64,000 bases of DNA from NCBI RefSeq assembly GCF_006345805.1, contig NC_043008.1:13888001-13952000 (forward strand), given 5' to 3'. The notes beneath the pieces were generated by a model. The model searched no databases, was not told the origin of the DNA, and saw only the letters and a list, made by a program, of their open reading frames with translations. Of this stretch, positions 23,097 to 36,326 are shown piece after piece. Both the position numbers and the translations under genes were made by a program. Position 1 is the stretch's first letter, and the number at the start of each line of letters is the position of its first letter. Source of the DNA: Octopus sinensis. Taxonomy: Eukaryota.

Positions 23097-24381
23097 CATA
23101 TATAATATATATATATGTATACATATATATACATATATATATATATATACATATATATATACATATATATATATATATAACAATAATATATATATATATA
23201 TCATATATATATATATTCTATCAATATATATATACTATATATATATATCTATATATATATATATATATATATATTTAATATATAATTATATATATAAAAC
23301 ACGAATTTTTTTCCTTTAATTTTCCCTGTCTTTGTACACTATGCCAGTGTGCTCTGTTAATACATATAAATATCTCTATATTTATATACTTGAATATACA
23401 TCGTCTGAAAATGTTCTCTTTTCTTTCTCTCTATCTCTCCATTTACATATACATACATGTATATAGATATATATATATATATATATATCTATATATATAT
23501 ATATATATCTATAATGTATCTTGCTATCTAACATAAAATGCTCTATGTCTTTATACATACATATATATATATGTATGTGTATGTGTATACACACACGTCT
23601 ATATTTGTATAGAGAGAGTGATACAAGCAGAGGGAGTGTGATGCATACACATACACACACTTCAGTAATTGTTTCCTGTATGAAACTAAAATATAAGTAC
23701 CTCGTAAGAGACTGGTGCCTTTAATGAACTATTCTTCCTCGTTATAGCTATTACGCCAATGGGCGAGAAATGTTGCCATGGATTACAGCATCACAGCATT
23801 CTAATCAATAATCGTGAAGCTCTCCCCGAAGATCAGAACCTATTCACAGCATCAAAGTAAGCAGAAATACTCCAATGCATATGGAAATAAGCTATGATCT
23901 TCTATACAGGATTTTAAAGACATTTAATGTGTGAATCTTAAAGTATATGCATTTGGTTTTGTTTGCTTCGACTTTACTATAGTGTGTTAAGCGTCAAATC
24001 TTACAGTTCTGATCATTGCCGCGATGCTCTCCACGGTGTGTTATGATTCACATCACTTTACCTACAGTTCCACAAAACGATTATTTTCCTCTAAAACATG
24101 GCTTCCGCTTCAGGATATCTTAATCATTTATCAACCTCAAATATTCCCATGGAAAAGAATTTTATTAGTTAAGCTTTAGAGATACAATACATACTTCCTA
24201 AATATTCTGTATGTTTTGGTAGAAGTGATGCCTATGTTTTCATATGACTAGCTCGTTGCATACTATTATCGTATAGTAAAACATCGAACATCGAACAGAT
24301 TGCTTTCAAAATATCTATTCCAAATGCCTATGCCTGTGTACGTATACACAGAGAAACATATGAAATATCTATCTATCTATC

Positions 24382-24467
<86 letters not shown>

Positions 24468-24474
24468 CTCTCTT

Positions 24475-24510
<36 letters not shown>

Positions 24511-24596
24511 AATGTAATGTATATATATATAGGTATATATATATACATATACACATATATAAATATACACACAGACACACACATACATATATATAT

Positions 24597-24675
<79 letters not shown>

Positions 24676-25359
24676 TATATGTGTGTGCGTGTGTGTGTAT
24701 AAAGTAAAAACACAATCGAGAACTATGCTTGCATATGCATGTCCAGGGTCAACAGGTAAATATACCGGCTGTATAAAGGATACTTTTAAAGAGAGTATTG
24801 TAGTTCGCTTGAGGCATACTGTATTGTTTGTAAAGAATAAAATAGTTTTGAATGGTACAACAACGCACTATAATACAGACAAATACCTGATGTAATTTAG
24901 TCATCCATAGTCTGATATGATATTTCGGAATGATATTCATTCTTCAGATATTCTTTGGTGGAGTGGCTGCTATAATCGGTTTTTTAACGGTTTTTCTTTT
25001 TTATTTTTTGGGAAGTGTCTCAGCAGTGGTCCCACGATGCTCCTTTTGGAATTCCTGATGAGAAGTGTTTGAGGTCGGCCATGTCTCAATTTTGAGTTTG
25101 CTGATACATTCGTAGCGCAGCTTCCAAGTTAAGTATTATACCTGTAGCTTCCTTTTTTTAATTCTTTTTTTTTATACTTTTATCCCTTAGACGGTTATTC
25201 CAACCTCTAACTCTACTAGCCTTATATATAAATATGTGTGTGTGTATGTGTGTGAGTGCGTGTGTATGTGTGTGAGTATGTGTGTGTGAGTGACTGCGTG
25301 TGTATCGTTGGCGATTTTCTTTCCCCATCTTCCCTTCCTTGGACCTTTCCCTTTTCTAT

Positions 25360-25394
25360 GTTTCTGACGAAGAGCTCCGCTGGAAACGTTAAAT
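25360..25394 (+). ncRNA. Minimal type I hammerhead ribozyme motif (stem II closing pair mutated)
   Basis: gttt CTGACGA a gag ctccg ctG GAAAC GTT aaat. Confidence 0.6.
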
Positions 25395-25552
25395 TCTCCT
25401 TCTTTCTTTTCTTTCCTGAACGTCCAATAACACTATACTTGTTCCACATCTTCGCGTTGTTGTGTTCTCTCTTTGTGTTTTCATATTTTGCTTAGCTTTG
25501 GCTGCACGCATATTTTTTTTGTCTCCTTCTTTCTGTGATTTTTCTCTGTGTA

Positions 25553-25590
25553 TCTTTCTGTTGAAGAGCGTAGGCTCGAAACGTTAAAGA
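25553..25590 (+). ncRNA. Minimal type I hammerhead ribozyme motif (A6->U)
   Basis: tcttt CTGTTGA a gagc gtag gctc GAAAC GTT aaaga: 5-bp stem I, 4-bp stem II, palindromic stem III. Confidence 0.65.
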
Positions 25591-25719
25591 CTTGTTTATT
25601 TATATTTTCCCGAGCGCCATACTAATACAATGTTTTGTTTTGTATTCCACCTGCCTTCGTCTTTTGTTTATTTCCGTAACCCCTGCCTTCGTCTTTTGTC
25701 TATTTTCATAAAGCTTCCC

Positions 25720-25767
<48 letters not shown>

Positions 25768-26256
25768 ATATAGTGCATATCAGTGGCCATACTTATAAAT
25801 AAGTATGTGTGCGTATATAAATGTGTTTGCTTGCGTGTGCGCATATGACGTTTGTATTTGTGCATACGCACTCATACGCGCAGTTTATGAGCCTTCCAAA
25901 TTATTTTAAGATTACTTGCGTTGAAGAGATATTTAAGGAGAGTTTTAATTGCTAAAACTACCGGTGGACATTATATTCTAAATATTTAGTGGCAGAGCTT
26001 GGGAAGAGTGCGCGTATTGGTACAACTCAAATTTGAAACAATTATAAGATAGTAATGATATTGTATGAGTATATGCGTGTTTATATTGCGTTTCAGACCG
26101 TATGAGTGGATTGCTATGACACCACTTTACCTACCAACATATATATATGCTCCATGCCTTCATGTGTTCCTGCGTGCTTGTCTGTGTGTGCATGTATATG
26201 TAAGTGTATGCTCTTCTATATTTATCTTTCCCTGTGCCTGTCTATATCTATATCTA

Positions 26257-26322
<66 letters not shown>

Positions 26323-26337
26323 CTATCTTTCTATCTA

Positions 26338-26414
<77 letters not shown>

Positions 26415-26512
26415 GTACATATTCCAACCTTTCGTCTTTCATTTGCCATATACATATGTGTGTGCGGTGTGTGTCTCATTGCGTGCGTGTATATATATCT
26501 ATTATATATATA

Positions 26513-26563
<51 letters not shown>

Positions 26564-26624
26564 GTAGGTATGTATGTATATATAAACACACAAACACATA
26601 CACACAGAGGCATATACGTACGTA

Positions 26625-27030
26625 AGGCGAGCTTGCAGAATAATGAAAACGATGGGCAAAATACTTAGCGTCATTACGTCTGTCCTAATATTCTGAGTTC
26701 AAAATCCACTGGAGTCGACTTTGTTTTTCATCCCTTTTCGTGTCGATAAACTGAGTACCAGTTGACCACTGGGGTCGATGTAAGTAATTTACCGTCTCTT
26801 CCGGCCTTATATTTGTGCTTTATTATTGTCGGTACCTCTCAGGCGACGATCTGGCAGAATCTTTACCGAACCGGAGAAAATGCTTTGTGAGGTTTCCTTC
26901 GAATTTACGTCTACTTTGCTATTTATCCACTTCGGAATCGATAAAATGACTACCATTTGAGCACTGGGGTCGATGTAATCGATTTACTTGTTTCACCGAA
27001 AGTGCTGGTCGTGTGCCAATATTTGAAACC
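26625..27030 (+). mobile_element. Two degenerate SINE family A copies in tandem
   Basis: aaggcgagcttgcagaa...ctgagttcaaaatcc and aggcgacgatctggcagaa...gagcactggggtcgatgtaatcga. Confidence 0.7.
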
Positions 27031-27959
27031 ATTTTCGTCAGTACCTCTTATGAAGGTTAACTGCTCAGATTTTCCCAGATTAAATATATTACAGAGAAAT
27101 TTTTATACCGTAATAAAACAGGACAGAAACCTATACTGATTCTAATCTTCAGCAATTTCTTCTCTCAATCTCTCTAATTTTCTTTCCCGTCTCTCACACT
27201 CTGTCTCTCAACCTGTCTCTCTCTTTCTCTTTATCTCTCTACTTTTCTGTCTACCTATCAATCTATTCAAAAACGAAAATTAAAATTTTAGTCAATAGGC
27301 TTCAATCATATTTTAATCAGGAAATTTTAATCAAGAGATTTGCATCGTATCTTAATCATTCTTGATCAAATTCGTTAATAAACTGTGCACAGGAAAAGCT
27401 ATCCAATTAATTGCAACATTATAAAGTCTATTCGTATCAGGTGACACCTCATACATTCATCTTGTTTTCGAAGTTAGACAGATTTTTGATATGATATGAC
27501 ATATGTCTTCAAAAATGAATGATGATATATCGAAGCACACACGCCTACACATACACCGGTGCATGCATATTCATTAAGTGTAACCTACCAGATACACGGC
27601 GAAATATCACAAAATAAAAAAAAAATCTATAAACGTAATATATAAGCAGACATCACCATTAAAGTGTCACTCTAGATTCTGATTTAGTATCTCCAAAACT
27701 ACCATAAACGACGAATGCGCGTGTGTATGTATATGTGTATGTATGGGAAACATATCCAGTGATATACATCCGAAATTTGACACAAGGCCTTCCAAGATTT
27801 GTATCAAACTTTGGCATTGACACTTACACAAACGGTATATGAGTGCGCACTGCAAAATCCTTCCTGTTATAGGCCTGAAATGCCGGGAGAGGATACCAGT
27901 TGATTACATCCACCCTAGTATGTACCATCAAATAATAAGATAAATAATATAAATATATA

Positions 27960-28347
27960 GGTGCAGGAGTGGCTGTGTGGTAAGTAGCTTGCTAACCAAC
28001 CACATGGTTCCGGGTTCAGTCCCACTGCGTGGCATCTTGGGCAAGTGTCTTCTGCTATAGCCCCACGCCGACCAATGCCTTGTGAGTGGATTTGGTAGAC
28101 GAAGCCTGTCGTATATATGTATATATAAATATGTATATGTATGTGTGTGTTTGTGTGTCTGTGTTTGTCCCCCTAGCATTGCTTGACAACCGATGCTGGT
28201 GTGTTTACGTCCCCGTCACTTAGCGGTTCGGCAAAAGAGAGCGATAGAATAAGTACTGGGCTTATAAAAGAATAAGTCCCGGGGTCAACTTGCTCGACTA
28301 AAGGCGGTGCTCTAGCATGGCCGCAGTCAAATGACTGAAACAAGTAA
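27960..28347 (+). mobile_element. SINE family B, full length
   Basis: ggagtggctgtgtggtaagtagc...gggttcagtccc head, internal TA/TG tract, and (AAAGAGT)n tail. Confidence 0.9.
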
Positions 28348-28398
28348 AAAAAAAGAGTAAAAGAGTATATATGCATATATATGCACACATACACATAT

Positions 28399-28432
<34 letters not shown>

Positions 28433-28454
28433 CCATATATATCCATATATTCAA

Positions 28455-28660
28455 TATGTGACCTCGTGAGTACCGCTGCCGATTTTTTTCCTCTGTCTTA
28501 CTTTCTCTGGATCTTTCCTTCTCCTACGTTTCCGAAACGTTAAACCCTCCTTCTTCTCTTCTTTCCTGAGGATCCAATAATACTTTATTTGTTTCACGTC
28601 CTCGCGTTCCTTTGTGGTTTTTTTTGTGTTTTTTTTTTTGTGTTTTCTTATTTGGATTAA
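28455..28660 (+). mobile_element. Penelope-like pLTR copy with the hammerhead core deleted
   Basis: Aligns with 25300-25470, but reads ctacgtttc|cgaaacgttaaa (17 nt missing). Confidence 0.6.
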
Positions 28661-30044
28661 CTTTATATATATATATCCATATAAATGGGTACAGGAAGTC
28701 ACAAATAGTAAGCAACATGAAATACGAGAACAAATGAGTTGAATTTGCAACCAACGAGCTAAACGAATGGAAAAGAAGACAATTAACATAAAGAACGGCA
28801 CTTCATTTGTCCGCTGCCGATCTACTTCTCATTACGAGCATTGAACGGCAACGTGAGTCTTCGAATGAAGTTGCTCCCACAAAAACCAAACTTTGAGATT
28901 TATGGAGGTAAAAGTTTGTAACAAAAACAGGACAGTGGAGACATAGAAGGAAATAGAACGAAAACATACATGGAGGGTCATTAGACCAGACGATGGTAAA
29001 ATAGCGAACGCTAGAGAAATATTCTTTTTTTTTTTATGAGAGAAAAAATAGAAGAGAGAGATAAATAGGATACGTCCAACCTCTAGGACAGACCTGAAAG
29101 AAAAGAAAGATTGTCTTATAAATGCATGTATGTGTGTGCACGTGCGTGTGTTTGTGTGTGTGTTTTTGACAACCGGTGTTGATGTGTTAACGCTCCCGTA
29201 ATTTAACAGTTCTGAAAAAGATAACGATAAAATAAGTTCCACCCTTGCAAAGCAAATCGATTGACATTCCTGGAGGTGGTGTCCCAGCATAAAAAGTAAA
29301 AGATGAATATTTTGTGAGCACGGTTTCCTAAACAAAGCAGCACTTATACGTCCTACAGACGTATAGGATAGGTGAAGCATGGCTCTTTGTTTGACATTTA
29401 TCGTTTTATATGTGTGTGTTTCGTATTTGTATGTATGTGAATATATTTGTGTGACTTTTCGCCTGTCTATATGTGTATTGCTCTGAAAATGCTTGACGTT
29501 AGCACAGGTGAAGTAATTATAAACAACATAGTCACATTTTCTAATTCACGACGGCTTTAAAAATTGATGCAGTTTTATTTAAGATAATTGAAGTTCGAAA
29601 CTCTACTGCCATACCAATACTTGTATAGCTACTTCTCCAACGAATTTTGAATCTAACGTCTGCCCTTCCCTCGCTTCCTCTCTTATACACACTACCTCTT
29701 CGAAAGCTTAATCATAATAGTAATCAAAAGATTCCAATCATATTTTAATTAGGACATTATAATGAAGCAATTTTTATCAAGGGATGTTAATGATATCTTA
29801 ATCGTTCTCGATCAAAATAGTTAAATGAACTGTTCAAATCAATTTCGGTACTAGAGTTTGTTAGTGTATGACAATTAAAAACATCAACTTTGTTTTCAAA
29901 GTCACATATATATCTGCTTCAAATATCTGTATCCAAACGCGGAAACACGCATATAACATGTGACAGAAAAGCAAAGAAGTGTACACTGAACATAGATACA
30001 TCAATGGAAGAAACAGAACAGAACTCAATATATATATATATATA

Positions 30045-30097
<53 letters not shown>

Positions 30098-30154
30098 TAT
30101 ATATATATGTGTGTATATATATATAAATGTATATATTTATATAATATATGAATA

Positions 30155-30421
30155 CAATGTACAATGAAACACATAGGAGTCCTTTCACGCTAGACAGTAT
30201 AGTTAAATTCCAAACCACTATTAGGGATAAAACTTCGGAGGGAATGAAAAATATTTTAAAAAAACATACTTTTCATTCCCATACATCCAGGATTTAGATG
30301 GTATATGTTTTTATTTTTCATTCCCTTCGAAGTTTTATCCCTAATAGTAGTTTGGAATTTAACAGTCTAGCGTGCAAGGAGTCCTATAACGGATGCCTCT
30401 TATGTGTTTAAATGTACGCTG
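30155..30421. mobile_element. Fold-back MITE, second copy, TA-flanked
   Basis: TA|caatgtac... to ...aatgtacgctg|TA; inverted arms share ccaaaccact..tagggataa..cttcg.agggaatgaaaaat with 4142. Confidence 0.8.
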
Positions 30422-30521
30422 TAGTTATATGAATAATATATAGTCTATTGCCTAAATTTTTACACGCTAGGCCACTGGTAGTAGAAACTTCTAATTTCTT
30501 ATTACCCTTGATATTATTAAT

Positions 30522-30598
<77 letters not shown>

Positions 30599-30929
30599 AT
30601 GTATGTATGTATAATATATCATCAACAGGAATTCCTTAATAATGGATAGTAATCCAAGCAAAATACGCCGTAAGTTCTATACAGATAAAAGATTTAGTGA
30701 TTGGCATTGATCTCCATGTACTTTGAAATCGAAGTCCCAATTATAAAATTGAATTTTAAAACAGCGTCTTAAATGATGAGAATTAACTAATGCTATACCG
30801 ATTAGTTTTATACCTTCTGCTCAAGAATGCTAATGTAACATAAGATTTTCTGTGACAAATGTATGTACGATAATGTCAGTACTATTTCACGAGATATTAG
30901 TCATCAGTCATATGATCAACAATAAGCTA

Positions 30930-31730
30930 GAAAGAAAATGAATATTCACCTGCATAGTAATAGGTAATTTAGGAAAATTTTTCTGTAAGTGAGTCGAGGA
31001 TCATCTACAATTGGCTCTGGATCTCAACAACGATATCAAAACAGTGACCTTTGAGATGCACCTTCATCTTGAGGAAAAGAGCGAAGTCAGCATGTACCAA
31101 AATCTGGTGAATAGGGCCCGTGCGGAAGCGATACCATATTGTTTTCGTCGAGAAACACACGAGTAAGCAAAGTTCGGCAAAAGGGTGCACTGTCCAAGTC
31201 TTTGTGCTCGACAGATTCGGTCGCTTTCGCTGAATGTTCTCCATTAAACCCCTGAAAGCGCCGCAGTAGAACTCTCGATTGACAGTTTGGCCCTGGGGTC
31301 GAACTCCCGATGCACAATACCACATTTCCGGGGTTGAAACTCCTGGCAGATCTTCCAGATCGTTCATTGTCTTCCAGGGACGTTCCCCCGCTTTTGAAGC
31401 CGCCGTGCCACTCGAGACATTACGAAACATTGTTTTGTTGCCGTAATCGTGCCGAAGTATGCTCAATGTCTCTGTAGCAGACTTTCCAAGTTTACCGCAA
31501 ATTTTCACATTGGCTCTGTTCCTGTCCATGACAAAATCGCAGACTACATTATACACGTGATCACAAAAACCGAAATTTTCACAACTTGCGAAGTAAACAG
31601 ATCGATGTCACTCGGCACACTGTCTCATGATGATTTATGCTAGCTCTCACTGCGCACGCGTGCATGCGCTGCCAAACCGTTTCTGCGCCACAGAACTAGT
31701 CCTGGAACTGCTTGGTACCACCTCGTATGA
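30930..31730 (-). mobile_element. Mariner relic, internally deleted
   Basis: 5' end TACGAGGTGGTACCAAGCAGTTCC; RANVKICGKLGKSATETLSILRHDYG (HTH); PYSPD; ADFALFLKMKVHLKGHCF. Confidence 0.85.
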
Positions 31731-31921
31731 TATCTGAGATGTTTTGCTACTCCTCGATGTATAAGGATGGGATGCGGATGGGATGTGCGTATCTTCCTGG
31801 ATCTCTGTATGTGTAGATGTGTAGGTGTGTGCCCGATGTCTGTGAATGAATATACGTGTGTATGCATATATGTATGTGTACTTCGGCGCATTACTGATGC
31901 ATAAGTCATTCGTGTGTCTGC

Positions 31922-31973
<52 letters not shown>

Positions 31974-32110
31974 GCGTATGTATGTATGTATTTATGTATA
32001 TGCATATAAATTAGAAAAAACACCTTTTATCAATTCAAAATGAAATATTAAATTACACCATCATTGCCTATTATTTAATCATCAGTATATTATTGTTGTT
32101 TTATATTTAA

Positions 32111-32626
32111 CTAGCAGTATCGCCCGGCGTTGCTCGGGTTTGTAAGGGAAATAACTATATAAGCATTTTTAGAGAGTTACTTCCCTTATAGATGCCAATT
32201 CGGGCTTTCTTAGCCAATTCTGTTTTGGTGTCTTCAAGCCATGAAGTCGTTGTTCTAAAAGAACGCTGGTCTCCTTGACAACGCTTTACGACGTTGATTT
32301 CTTTACACTCCCTTCCCCACAGCTTCACGAGGGAGGGAAGAAGGGGAAAAAGCAAACAGGTGCAGGTGTGACTGACCATGGACGCCAACTCCGCCGCCAT
32401 CGACACACGAAAAATTATGCATTAGAATGGAATAAAAAATGATGTTAAATTATTTTTAAAATCGTAGTCTCATCTTAGAAGCGCACTAATATCAGACGGG
32501 CTTGATATGACTCACGACTATAAGATACCCGAATTTGGTTAAACTGCACCGCAAAATGTGGGAGTAGTTAGGAATCTAAATCGAAGGGGACAGACACTCA
32601 CACAACTACAGTTTTATATATATAGA
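32111..32626 (-). mobile_element. Non-autonomous Helitron (516 bp)
   Basis: Minus strand begins A|TCtatatat and ends with hairpin cccgagc..gccggg, then ~9 nt, then CTAG|T. These are canonical Helitron termini in an AT target. Confidence 0.8.
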
Positions 32627-33377
32627 TATTTCTATTATATGTAAGTTTCTAGATGATCTAATAAAATTTTTCATTTTGAATTGATAAAATGTGTTTTTTT
32701 TCTAAATAATATATAAATTATATTTTGTGAAACTTGATTTACTATTTCTAAGTTGAAATTTTCCCCCTAAGCTAGGAACAATATTCCCTCAAATTAATAT
32801 TAATATTATTATATATATATATATATATATATGTACATGTGTGTGGCTGATAGTATATTTTCGTATAAATGTTTGCGTAATGATACACCAGATTCCTTCT
32901 ACATGCACTAACTAGGAATGGCTCATGCAAGACGATGTCGTCACATGTCTGCGTTGAATGATATTTCAGATGTACAGATTTCAACAAAGATGTGAAGTTC
33001 TAAATTTCTAATTAATAAGAATACATATTATTTTCGATAGCATTTCATCGATTCTTCATTCATTTTCTTTGATATATTTCCTGTTTACCAGACATAATTA
33101 AAGTTTCAAAAGTAATAAAATACACATAGAAAACTGTAAATATATATACGTATATATATACGTATGTGTGTGTGTGTGTGTTTACGTGCGTGCATATATG
33201 TATACGTATGTATATTTACATAAAGAATATATGTTCGTGTTTGTGTGTATGTATATATATATATATATTATATATATATTATATTATATATGTATGTCTT
33301 TCAGTTTGGGGTATATAGTTGAAAAAAACACACATACATCTCCATTAAAGATATTTATATTTATTTTATATATATAG

Positions 33378-33414
<37 letters not shown>

Positions 33415-33644
33415 CGGAAAGTGTATGGTGAAATGGACATTTTGATATATTTTCCTGCACTGTAGCATTTACGTACATGTATCACTAAGGTATCAATCAA
33501 CTCATACATTATTGATTTGGAGCCTGAATACATACATTCTCTACAATCATCAATTATAAACTGACAAATTTATGAAGAAATCAAAACAAAAAAATGTTAT
33601 TTTTTTAAAGTAAATTATACAAATTATGACAGAAAAAATGAAAT

Positions 33645-34140
33645 AAAGAAGAACAAGAACAAGAACAAGAACAAGAAGAACAAGAAAGAGAAGGAGTAGA
33701 AGAAGAAGAAGAAGAAGAAGAAGAAGAAGAAGAAGAAGAAGAAGACGAAGAAGAAGAAGAGAAGAAAACTAAGAAGACGAAGAAGAAAGAAAGAAGAAGA
33801 ACGAAGAAGAAGAAGAAGAAGAAGACGAAGAAGAAGAAGAAGAAGAAGAAGAAGAAAAAGAAAAAAAGGAGGAGGAGAAGAAGAAGACGAAGAAGAAGAA
33901 GAAGGAGAAGAAGAAGACGAAGAAGAAGAAGAATGAGAAGAAATAGTAGAAGAAGAAGAGAATAAGAAGAAGAAAAAGGAGGAGAAGACGAAGAAGAAGA
34001 AAAAGGAGGAGAAGAAGAAGAAGAAGAAAAAAGGAGAAGAAGAAGAAGAAGAAGAAGAAGAAGAAGAAGAAGAAGAAGCGCAATAACTTTGTTTCTGTTG
34101 ATGATGATGATGATGATGATGATTATGATGATAACGACCT
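33645..34140. repeat. Purine-rich (GAA)n array followed by (GAT)n
   Basis: Directly visible; source of the poly-F/S/L ORFs. Confidence 0.95.
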
Positions 34141-34566
34141 TTGCCCTTTAGAAATAATAAATTTCCACTTTGTCTATAACTGGAGTGAGGTAGAGCCACA
34201 GCTCTAAGATGGAGGGGGTGAAATTGCAAATAATTAACAGCGAAAGGAGAAGATGGTAACTGAACCAAAATAACTAGGCCGTATCAAGAAATATTTCTGT
34301 TTAATAAATTGCGAGCGACACCTTGTGTCAGTTTTATAAAGTGGAGCGAAGTGGTAAACTACGGAAGCGCATTTTATTAGTATCCTTATGACAGTATTAG
34401 GTTGATTAATATACTCAACCACTGATCTTGGTTGCTATGAGTTCAAATCCTTCAACTGCTACTAAAATGACTTCTTTAAAAAGGGGGGAAAGCATTTTAT
34501 TTCTTGATGTAGCTGAGATGTAGTCTTTCTTTCTTGTTAGATTTTGAAAATATATTTCTGTTTTTA

Positions 34567-34762
34567 ACTCTTTTACTCATTTACTTGTCATTTATCAGTC
34601 ATTTGACGGCGGCCATGCCGGAGCACCGCCTTTAGTCGAGGAAATCATCCCCAGGACTTATTCTGTCGGTCTCTTTTGCCGAACCGCTAAGGAACCGGGA
34701 CGTAAACACACCAGCATCGGTTGTCAAGCGATGTTGGAGGGGGGACAAACATAGACACACAA

Positions 34763-34812
<50 letters not shown>

Positions 34813-34950
34813 TTCAGTTTCCGTCTACCAAATCCACTCACAAGTCTCTGGTCGGCCCGCGGCTACAGTAGAAGACACTTGCCCAAGTTGCCACGCAGTC
34901 GGACTGAACCCAGAACCAAGTGGTTGGTAAGCAAGCTACCTACCACACAT
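34567..34950 (-). mobile_element. SINE family B
   Basis: Reverse complement matches 27960-28347. Confidence 0.9.
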
Positions 34951-35204
34951 CCACTCCTATATCTAAATTCTTTTTAATATCCTGCGCTGAAAGAAGTTAT
35001 CACAAACAAGGGATTTTACCAATGGTAAGGATGGATATCACATGACTAAGTTTATGTACCAGGAAGAGAACGCTTTAGCTGCAAAATTACTTTCGATGGT
35101 AAAGCGGTTGTTCATGTGATAGCAAACGTATTTTGTGCATAAAAAGTGGTTTATGTGAAATTTGTTCTTCTCTCGTTTTACGGAATTTCCTACCTGTGTG
35201 ATGC

Positions 35205-35515
35205 GAGACAACTGCATCTGTGGGTATGAAGGTTCACGATCGTAATTTCAATTCCCAGCGACGCGGCGTTGTGTCCTTCAGCAAGACACTTTATGTCACG
35301 TCGCTGCAGCCCAGTCACCTGGCAAAAATGAGTAGAACCTGTATTACAAAGGGCCGACCTTGTCACGCTGTGTCACGCTGATTCTTCCTGAAAACTACGT
35401 TAAGAGTACGCATGTCTGAGGTACGCTTAGCCACGTTCACATTAATTTCATGAGCAGACTGTTCCGTTGATCGGATAGACTGGAACCCTCGTCGTCGTAA
35501 CCGACGGAGTGCCAT
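35205..35515 (+). mobile_element. SINE (head/body D + tail iii)
   Basis: Body shared with 19915; different tail ending ggaaccctcgtcgtcgtaaccgacggagtgcca. Confidence 0.7.
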
Positions 35516-36243
35516 GACATGTGTGGGTACGTTCTTTATTTAGCACTTAGCTTGACTTCTAGGCAGCATAGACTTCCAGGCAGCCCTAAGATTTATTGCT
35601 GACGTTGTGCCTGATCGAAGATTATGTCCGTTACATGAAGTGTGTAGTGCTCATATTTTCGAAAATAACATTTTGGTTGTCACATTTCTTTTGCGTTTAA
35701 CAACTTCTTAACGTAATTGATTGGCTGTAATACTTCATTTATTTCATATAGCCTATTTATTAGTTTTGCCATTTTATAGCAATTAAATGTAATTAATATG
35801 TAATTAATATGTCTCTTCGAGACATATATTTTGTAATCATTTGATTATTATTATTTTGTAATTACTACTTTATCTACAAAAATTATTTTCTTTTCTTCTT
35901 CCACTACGATTCGTTCCACCTTCAGTTACCCTGATGTTGTTTCTAGCCATGCTATTCATAAGGGATTCTTGTATGCTCTATTCACGTTTGTGACAGATAT
36001 TATTATTGTGATCAAGCATATCATTCTGATATGCGGCTGAATCTGATTTTAAGAAACGAGCTTCAACAGTTGCCTTCCCTCGCCTTCGGTACACTATTTA
36101 TTATGATAGTTTTGACTTTAAGCGTCCCTCATAACATGAGGTAATTATGCGTATTAATGCCCATAATATAAATAAATATATCTAAGGGGAATAATTATAT
36201 ATATATAGATAGATAGATATATGTATATACATACACACACATA

Positions 36244-36326
<83 letters not shown>

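Larger units (their letters stand above)
25300..25725 (+). mobile_element. Penelope-like pLTR region with two hammerhead motifs
   Basis: Two CTGxxGA-A-GAG..CT(C/G)-GAAACGTTAAA motifs, 194 nt apart, in pyrimidine-rich repeats. Minimal type I hammerheads are an established feature of PLE pLTRs. Confidence 0.7.
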
